Notes under the pieces: model-generated
The model's input: the letters and a program-made list of their open reading frames with translations, nothing else
Databases searched by the model: none
What the model was told of the DNA's origin: nothing
Shown: piece by piece, positions 25,596 to 32,000 of the stretch
Layout of the letters: the number at the start of each line of letters is the position of its first letter
Position numbering within the stretch: the stretch's first letter is position 1
Translations under genes and position numbers: made by a program
NCBI GenBank assembly: GCA_046497275.1
Contig: JAWOFX010000007.1
Span: 60,001 to 92,000, forward strand
DNA length: 32,000 bases
Reading direction: 5' to 3'
Source: Promethearchaeia archaeon
GTDB lineage: Archaea; Asgardarchaeota; Lokiarchaeia; Sigyniarchaeales; SOKP01

Positions 25596-26034
25596 CTATA
25601 AGACCTCTGTAAGAAATAATATTGGATTAAATATTTTAATTTTACTAAAAAATCTTTGTATGTTTGGTAATCTTTAATAATGTCAATATCTGTTGTAATA
25701 TAATCACATTTTATAAATTCCGCTGAGGCAATATGAAGGGCATCTATTGAATTTATACCTTTTTTCTCGATGATCTTTGCTCTTTTGATCAGTTTATCAA
25801 TGATTTTTTGTTTTTGATTTATTTTTTGACTTAGTAATTTCACTTTTTTTTTCGTTCTAGATCCGGAATTTTTGATATTTCAAAATCAATTATATCACTC
25901 CCCACTAGTTCCCAATTTTTTAATGATATATTAGAAAGAATTATTAAAACAGCTTCAGTTTCAAGATGAATTTTTTCTTGAGTTTGATCATCAAAAGGAC
26001 GATTATAGCAACAAACATCAAGATATATTCTCAT
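25596..26034 (-). pseudogene. PIN/VapC-type toxin with two -1 frameshifts in homopolymers
   Basis: MRIYLDVCCYNRPFDD ... [shift at A9, 25844-25852] VKLL...DALHIASAE..CDYITTD ... [shift at T6, 25647-25652] SKIKIFNPILFLTEVL* with TAG at 25596-25598. Confidence 0.82.
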
Positions 26035-26142
26035 AATAAGGATATTATAGATATTTTTTATTAAATAAGTTAGTAAACTTACATATAAATAATTGATTTT
26101 AATTAGCATACATATCAAATAGAGAATAAGAATCTTTATTAG

Positions 26143-26162
26143 AGAAAACATAGTCAAAATCA
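26143..26162 (+). repeat. Direct repeat copy 2 flanking the TA module
   Basis: AGAAAACATAGTCAAAATCA. The overlapping TTATTAGAGAAAA (26136-26148) recurs at 26416-26428. Confidence 0.7.
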
Positions 26163-26190
26163 TAAATATAAATTAATGAAGTGATGAAGT

Positions 26191-26361
26191 GTGAGTGATG
26201 AGTTTATATTATGCCAAAATTGTGGCGAAAATGGACCGGATGATGAAATTTTTTCATGTAAAAATTGTGGCAATATGATTTGTGATCTGTGTACCCGTAT
26301 CTGTAAAAAGTGTGGGGAGTATTTTTGTGATGCTTGCTATATTGATCATAAATGTGTTTAA
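26191..26361 (+). CDS. 56-aa Cys-rich multi-zinc-finger microprotein (not in ORF track)
   Basis: GTG start after GTGATG: MSDEFILCQNCGENGPDDEIFSCKNCGNMICDLCTRICKKCGEYFCDACYIDHKCV; five CxxC plus HxC. Confidence 0.75.
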   Translation: MSDEFILCQNCGENGPDDEIFSCKNCGNMICDLCTRICKKCGEYFCDACYIDHKCV

Positions 26362-26522
26362 TGAGTTTTATTTAAACAAAAAATAAATGGTCCTTCCTAG
26401 ATCATTAAAATTACCTTATTAGAGAAAATTCTAATAATTTTTTATTTATCCTTTCACTTCTTGGATTTAAGAGAAAAAAACAAATTTTAGTTGTCTATTC
26501 TATTAATAACAGATTCTAAAGT

Positions 26523-27686
26523 ATGAACAGATATAAATTAATCAATATAGCAAAAACGTATCTTAAATCCGTGTTTTATTCTCTTTTACCTAATAGAAAT
26601 GTACCTCTATGGGCGCATTTATGGGTTACTCATCGATGTAATCTAAGATGTGAATATTGTTATGTCTCCCGTGAAAAGTATCCTGAGATGAATTCAATGG
26701 AGCTTAAAAAAGCAATTAAGCATATTAAAGAAAAATTGCATTGCTCTTTTATCGCTTTAATGGGAGGTGAACCAACATTAAGGCAAGATTTACCTGAAAT
26801 CATAAAATATATGACAGAATTAAACATTACTTCTTTTTTAACCACAAATGGGATATTACTAACTGAGGAAAAGATTTTTCGGTTATGCGAGGCAGATATT
26901 GATTTTTTAGAATTATCTCTCGATGGGATGAAAGAATCCCCAATTAGTCAAAAGACGGGTGATAAATTGATTGAAATCCTTGATGTATTAATTGATTATA
27001 CTAAAACTTATGATGTAGGACTTTCAATTAATATGGTTATTACAAAACAAAATTATAAAGAATTGTATGACTTGATTCGCTTAATATCAGGGGAACCCAT
27101 TTCAATAACAACAGGTCTCTATATCCCTGATATCCTATCAAAAGACAATATTTATAGTGATCCATTCGCATTTAGCACCCATGAGGATTTAAAAAACCTT
27201 GAAAGGTTTACTAACAACATTATCAAACTGAAGGAAAAAGGTGCTTTTTTAGCTATGGACAAAACATATTACCAGAAATGGGTTCCATTTATGAAAGAAA
27301 TGTTAAAAAAGCCTAATCAAATACCAAAGCAATTATGGAATTGCAAAGCGGGAAAGAATTTTATAGAAATTGACTGTGATGGAAGGATTAGATATTGTTC
27401 TTATCTTAATGATTTAATTGATGAGAACTTTACAATATTTGATTTAGATTTGTCTTATTATAAGAAATTTGAATCGAAATTCCAAAAAATGTTGAACTAT
27501 TGCAATAGAAGATGTTTATCAAACTGTTTTTATCAAGTGAGTTTAATCAAAAATCATCCAGCTAGATTCGCCAATGATTTCGCATTTAAACATGCTATGC
27601 CATTTATAGATGAACTGTTTGATAGAAAGAGAACCATTGAAAAAAACCTATTAAAAAAGAAATGGCGTCAAGAATTCCAATTATAG
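26523..27686 (+). CDS. Radical SAM protein with SPASM/twitch-like C-terminus
   Basis: VTHRCNLRCEYC, MGGEPTL, TTNG, LSLDG, WNCKAG...IDCDGRIRYC, CNRRCLSNC. Confidence 0.9.
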   Translation: MNRYKLINIAKTYLKSVFYSLLPNRNVPLWAHLWVTHRCNLRCEYCYVSREKYPEMNSMELKKAIKHIKEKLHCSFIALMGGEPTLRQDLPEIIKYMTELNITSFLTTNGILLTEEKIFRLCEADIDFLELSLDGMKESPISQKTGDKLIEILDVLIDYTKTYDVGLSINMVITKQNYKELYDLIRLISGEPISITTGLYIPDILSKDNIYSDPFAFSTHEDLKNLERFTNNIIKLKEKGAFLAMDKTYYQKWVPFMKEMLKKPNQIPKQLWNCKAGKNFIEIDCDGRIRYCSYLNDLIDENFTIFDLDLSYYKKFESKFQKMLNYCNRRCLSNCFYQVSLIKNHPARFANDFAFKHAMPFIDELFDRKRTIEKNLLKKKWRQEFQL

Positions 27687-27752
27687 CAATTCGAAATCTA
27701 ATGGAAAAAGGTATTTTCTTATTATAAGTTCAATACTTGAATTTCTTAAACT

Positions 27753-28703
27753 TTAGAATTTATTTGCTAATTCAGTGAATTTATTATCCAATTGGGCAAC
27801 TTTTTCATCCCATTTAGAGAGAATTTCCTTAACTTTAGGAATGACTTTTCCTCGTTCCTTAAATTCTAGGTAATCCATAAATTCTTTAATATTTTCAATA
27901 TTAATATAGGTTTGAGCTACAAATCTTCTAATATCCTTCACTTGCTCTTCCAAAACTTCTTGAGTTCTGTGGCCTTCACCTTTTCTGATCAGAGTTTTCA
28001 AATATTCTTCGGTTCCCAATAATTTTGAGTTTAATTCATTTATCTTATCATTGACAAATTTTTCATATCGAATGTAAATATTTTTTCTTGGGAAGAAATT
28101 TGTGATATCAATAATGAATTTTTGAATTTGCTTGACTAGTTGTTCTTCACTTTCATATCCTTCTATTTTATAATCAACTTCATGATATGAGGCTTCAATA
28201 CCTCGATTGACGTTGTCAAGACGGAAAATTTTAAACCCAGGATCGTTTTTCAATTGTTTAACTGGATTCCCTTTTTTTTCGGGAAGCTCTACCTGTCGGA
28301 TAAGTCGAACTGGATTGAATACTAAAGAAATTGCTTTTGGATTATTTTGTTGATAAGAAAGTGTAGTTTTAACATCAAGTTGAGACATCATTACTTTAAA
28401 TCCTGGATGACTATGCCACCATCCAATGGTAAAATTTCCTTCAGAGAAAGCTTTATCATCAATTAAACTAAATGATTCATAATCTTCTGTACTCCAATAT
28501 ACTTTATCAATTATATCTTCTGGATTCTTTTCTTGATGGGTTATTGGATAAGCTTTGGAAACAATTACATCATCACCATCCACACTACCAATAAAAATAC
28601 CATATACTTCTAGCCAATCATCTTCCGGAACGCGAGTGTTTGCAAATCTAACAGCTGCGGCTACTATAGTTTGATATTCTTTTTTCGGTATAATTACAGT
28701 CAT
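27753..28703 (-). CDS. JAMM/MPN+ (Mov34/Rpn11-like) metalloprotease with C-terminal coiled coil
   Basis: WLEVYGIFIG, GWWHSHPGFKVMMSQLD (HxH-x10-D), SLVFNP. Confidence 0.9.
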   Translation of the reverse strand: MTVIIPKKEYQTIVAAAVRFANTRVPEDDWLEVYGIFIGSVDGDDVIVSKAYPITHQEKNPEDIIDKVYWSTEDYESFSLIDDKAFSEGNFTIGWWHSHPGFKVMMSQLDVKTTLSYQQNNPKAISLVFNPVRLIRQVELPEKKGNPVKQLKNDPGFKIFRLDNVNRGIEASYHEVDYKIEGYESEEQLVKQIQKFIIDITNFFPRKNIYIRYEKFVNDKINELNSKLLGTEEYLKTLIRKGEGHRTQEVLEEQVKDIRRFVAQTYINIENIKEFMDYLEFKERGKVIPKVKEILSKWDEKVAQLDNKFTELANKF

Positions 28704-28911
28704 TTTTTAAATATTAAAGTATCTTTTCTTGACTTGGTTTATTGATACATAAAACTTCTTTTATTTAAAAATATGGAATTTCAAAATTAATTTTCATTTT
28801 ATGCGTATTTTAAGATAATTTAATATCTTTAGAATAATCGAATTTTTCTAACTGGTTCTATTTAGTTGAAAATGTAAGAAAATAAAAAAAACATTAAATT
28901 TTATTTTTATT

Positions 28912-29595
28912 TTAGTAATCCTTTAGATTCAGTAGAAATGCTATAAGTAATATTATGCCTCCATAACCAAGAACGGGATAACCTGTGGCGTTTGGTGATA
29001 TCCACGTAAATACTACGAATCCAATAATAAGCAGAACCCACCAAGAAAAGTCTAAGATTTTCAGATCAACAAAGTCAAAAATTAGGATTATCAATAAAAT
29101 TATTAATATTAAACCGAAAACAGCATTAACGATAAGAATTGGACTCGCAGACAAAAATAAGACAAAGCATTCATAAACTGTGAACCCCGCACCTACAAGC
29201 GCTACCATTTTAGAAGCTTTATAAGGTTTCTTTTGCATTACAAAATCGATTATTGCCGCCATTAATAATAAGATGCCAGGTAGATATTCGTATGCAAATC
29301 CGGTTCCAGGATCAAAGAAATAGGCCATCAATATTAAAATAGCACCGAAAATAAGCATTATCCACCATTCAAAAGGTATTTTGACAGGTCCAAAATCTAC
29401 TAATTCAAATGTTAGAAAAATTGCAAAAGCAATAGCTAATAAAATGATTCCCCAGAGAAATTGAAAGATTGGAAAGATAGGGGGATAAAAATAATCAATA
29501 GCTAATGCACCAATGTATAGCATAGCGATAAATGCGAGTAATTTTGGAGCAGGTGATTCTCTTTTAACAGTTGTACTTGTACTTGTTTCAGTCAT
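28912..29595 (-). CDS. Multi-pass membrane protein with internal duplication
   Basis: About 7-8 hydrophobic segments; FLTFELVDFGPVKIPFEWWIMLIFG versus LIFDFVDLKILDFSWWVLLIIG. Confidence 0.75.
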   Translation of the reverse strand: MTETSTSTTVKRESPAPKLLAFIAMLYIGALAIDYFYPPIFPIFQFLWGIILLAIAFAIFLTFELVDFGPVKIPFEWWIMLIFGAILILMAYFFDPGTGFAYEYLPGILLLMAAIIDFVMQKKPYKASKMVALVGAGFTVYECFVLFLSASPILIVNAVFGLILIILLIILIFDFVDLKILDFSWWVLLIIGFVVFTWISPNATGYPVLGYGGIILLIAFLLNLKDY

Positions 29596-29954
29596 TTTTT
29601 TTTCACTTTTTTATTTTTTAATTGGAAATTTCTAAATTATAATTAAAGCTAAACTATGCTTATCGGTTTAAAAAATTTTACCCTCTTTTTATTATATTAT
29701 TAATAGTATTCAATGTTAAAATCTTATATATACTGATGCTTAGTAAAAAACTAAGAGGATCTCCAATTTCGGAAATCTTCCGTTTTGCTAATTGATACTT
29801 TTTCATATTTTTCATTTGAAAATAAAAAACCCTAGTTATTTTCCAAAATAAAAATATAATATATTTAAAATCTTAAATTACTATAATAAAGATAATTCAA
29901 TATAATATACAATAAATAATTTTTTAAGTTTATAGAGAAAGGTTATCAGAAAAA

Positions 29955-30578
29955 ATGACAGAAAAAGGATTTGAACCATTATCCTCGCAACTGGGTATAC
30001 CAGGCACCTCTTATCGGCTCCAATTAGGATTAATCAATGAAAAATGGGCATCGAGAATATTAAAAGGGAACAATATCATCGATTCATATGTCTATAAGGA
30101 TGAAGATGTAGAAGGAGGATATCCTAACCAAAATCTTATTGTTGGATGGGTACTTAGGACAGTAGCTATTCCAAATATTAACCCTCATCAAGTAATGAAA
30201 ACAACACAAGCATTAATGAAACAAGCAAGAGAAAATAAGGATAAACAGAAAGTGGTTGCACCTTTATCAGAAACAAAAGATGTTGAATTAGAAAAAGTAC
30301 CTGAAGGTGAAATTAAACGTCCTAAAGCAAGTGGATGGGTTAAAGAAGAGGCACCACATGACACTAGTGAAGAACAAAAACGAAAGGCGTTTCAGGAGAG
30401 TGTGAAAGCTAAAAAGGAAGGTGAGACGATTCAATCCCAAAAAGGAAGACAATTACACTCCATACCTAGTGCAGATCAAGAAGAAAAAGCCGGAAAAGTT
30501 TTTTGCCCATTTTGTGGGGGTACTTTACCAGTTTTTGTGTATTGTCCCTACTGCGGTAAAAAGTTACCTCATGACTGA
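29955..30578 (+). CDS. Hypothetical protein with C-terminal double zinc-ribbon
   Basis: C-term CPFCG...YCPYCG; charged low-complexity linker. Confidence 0.75.
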   Translation: MTEKGFEPLSSQLGIPGTSYRLQLGLINEKWASRILKGNNIIDSYVYKDEDVEGGYPNQNLIVGWVLRTVAIPNINPHQVMKTTQALMKQARENKDKQKVVAPLSETKDVELEKVPEGEIKRPKASGWVKEEAPHDTSEEQKRKAFQESVKAKKEGETIQSQKGRQLHSIPSADQEEKAGKVFCPFCGGTLPVFVYCPYCGKKLPHD

Positions 30579-30702
30579 ATTTTAGTTTTCTCTTAATTAT
30601 TTATTTAATTTACTTTTTTCAATATTTTTAGGAACAAATAATATTCCTAGAGAAAAATAAAAAAATTTCTAACGAAAATTAGATTATAGTTAATTATCAG
30701 TC

Positions 30703-31314
30703 ATGATTAAAAATATAATATTCGATCTTGGAAATGTTTTGATTAATTTCAAACCAGATAAGTTTTTATTAAATTTTACAAAAGATCGGAAAAAAATAAA
30801 AAATTTCGTTAATGACGTCCCTAAAAGTAAAATTTGGTTTGATCTTGATAGAGGAAAATTTTCAATCAACCAAGCGTATGAAATATTTTTAAAGAAATAT
30901 CCCGAATATAAAGAATTACTTAAGAAATTTTTTGAAGATGATCGATGGATGGATATGCTTACTCCCATCACCCAAAATGTCGAAATTGTTAAATTGCTGA
31001 AAAAAGAGGGGTATAATTTATATATCTTATCAAGTTTTATTAAAGAAGCGTTTGAGTATATTGAATCTCGATATACATTTTTATCCCTCTTTGATGGAAG
31101 AGTTATATCGTATCAAGAAGGAATGATTAAACCAGAAAAAGAGATTTATCAAATATTATTGAAGCGCTATAATCTCAGACCCGAAGAATGTCTATTTATA
31201 GATGACCATAAAATAATTTTAGAACCAGCAAAAAAACTCGGTATGAAAGTAATACATTATCAAAATTCTAAAGATTTAAGAGAAGAATTAATCAAATTCT
31301 CTATAAAAATTTAA
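30703..31314 (+). CDS. HAD-family phosphatase
   Basis: IIFDLGNVL, ILSS, IKPEKEIY, LFIDD. Confidence 0.92.
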   Translation: MIKNIIFDLGNVLINFKPDKFLLNFTKDRKKIKNFVNDVPKSKIWFDLDRGKFSINQAYEIFLKKYPEYKELLKKFFEDDRWMDMLTPITQNVEIVKLLKKEGYNLYILSSFIKEAFEYIESRYTFLSLFDGRVISYQEGMIKPEKEIYQILLKRYNLRPEECLFIDDHKIILEPAKKLGMKVIHYQNSKDLREELIKFSIKI

Positions 31315-31448
31315 GGTTAGGTAAAAAATTCTAATTGTATTGTGTATTAATTTGAATAATTTAGAAAACATTTTTAAAACTATAATTTGTTTTAATGAAT
31401 ATATAGAAATAAAAATCTACAATTATACATAATTAGTTGTGATAAAGT

Positions 31449-32000
31449 ATGGGAAGCCGTAAATCAGCTATGTCGGATGACTCTATTGTTGTAATTAAAC
31501 CCGAAGCGTACTATAAAATGTTAGTTCATATTTTGAGATTTGGGGCAAAAACAATCCAGGGACGTGGTTATAAAGAAGTAATGGGAATACTAATTGGTCG
31601 TTTAGAGGGAGACGGGACGAGAAAAAATGTAATAGTAGAGGATGCAGTGCCTATTTCTCATGGAGGGTCAATTGAAGTAAGATTTGCTCCCGAAGATTAT
31701 GTTAGCTTCTCTATGATTGACGAGAGATTTGCTAAGGAGAATTTATTTAGCGTTGGCTGGTATCATTCCCATCCTGCTCTCGATATCTTTTTTTCAGGTA
31801 CAGATATTATGAATCAATTAGGATGGCAAACAGCTAATCCTAGTGCTATCGGAATTGTGTTCGATCATACCTATTTGGAAAAACCTGGAGATTTAGGTTT
31901 TCGAACTTTTAGATTAGATGATCCTTCTAAAGGAGAGTCTTCAGGTTATCATGAAGTCAAAACAAAGGTTGAAGAGCCTGATAGCTTAGAATTTTATAAT
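31449..32000 (+). CDS. Second JAMM/MPN+ (Rpn11-like) protein, runs off the window end
   Basis: Manual translation: MGSRKSAMSDDSIVVIKPEAYYKMLVHILRFG...KEVMGILIG...GWYHSHPALDIFFSGTD...AIGIVFD; alternative ATG at 31470. Confidence 0.9.
   Translation, partial: MGSRKSAMSDDSIVVIKPEAYYKMLVHILRFGAKTIQGRGYKEVMGILIGRLEGDGTRKNVIVEDAVPISHGGSIEVRFAPEDYVSFSMIDERFAKENLFSVGWYHSHPALDIFFSGTDIMNQLGWQTANPSAIGIVFDHTYLEKPGDLGFRTFRLDDPSKGESSGYHEVKTKVEEPDSLEFYN

Noticed and set aside
26035-26163. N-terminal extension of the 25840..26163 ORF
   Set aside because: AT-rich, non-homologous sequence; the PIN domain starts at ATG 26034.
26191-27686. Cys-rich peptide plus radical SAM as a RiPP (ranthipeptide/sactipeptide) pair
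   Set aside because: The peptide has regular CxxC zinc-finger spacing and no leader/core layout, the rSAM shows no evident RRE domain, and no transporter or protease is adjacent.
1-32000. Genome-wide TGA recoding (Trp or Sec)
   Set aside because: Several intact genes end properly at TGA, and Trp is encoded by TGG throughout.
1-32000. tRNA, rRNA, CRISPR array, transposase or integrase
   Set aside because: No GC-rich structured RNA segments, repeat-spacer arrays or recombinase motifs were seen.

Overview
Low-GC, gene-dense archaeal window. A Rab-like GTPase, a tandem roadblock protein and two JAMM/MPN proteins suggest an Asgard archaeon (Lokiarchaeia-like); this is an inference. I found no rRNA, tRNA, CRISPR array or transposase. 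Housekeeping genes flank a ~8.5 kb redox/metalloid block (11252-19754). The block holds two CVC-type ArsR repressors, an Acr3 arsenite exporter with an N-terminal rubredoxin-like knuckle, and four paralogous DGC (Cys4) proteins. One DGC protein is fused to a GcvH lipoyl carrier with an intact lipoyl-Lys. It also holds a ferredoxin, a stand-alone HdrA N-terminal-like Fe-S protein, a CxC thioredoxin-like protein and a lipoate-protein ligase. This is the best candidate for an undescribed system: lipoyl-dithiol-dependent arsenic handling. The second highlight is the SUI1/aIF1 gene, whose conserved N-terminus can only be translated from a non-canonical codon (most likely AUU), suggesting start-codon-fidelity autoregulation like bacterial infC. 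Also present are a sulfatase interrupted by one in-frame TGA, a doubly frameshifted PIN toxin in a direct-repeat-bounded TA cassette, and a deletion scar joining two 5'-truncated divergent genes. All calls come from motif recognition by eye; no searches were run.
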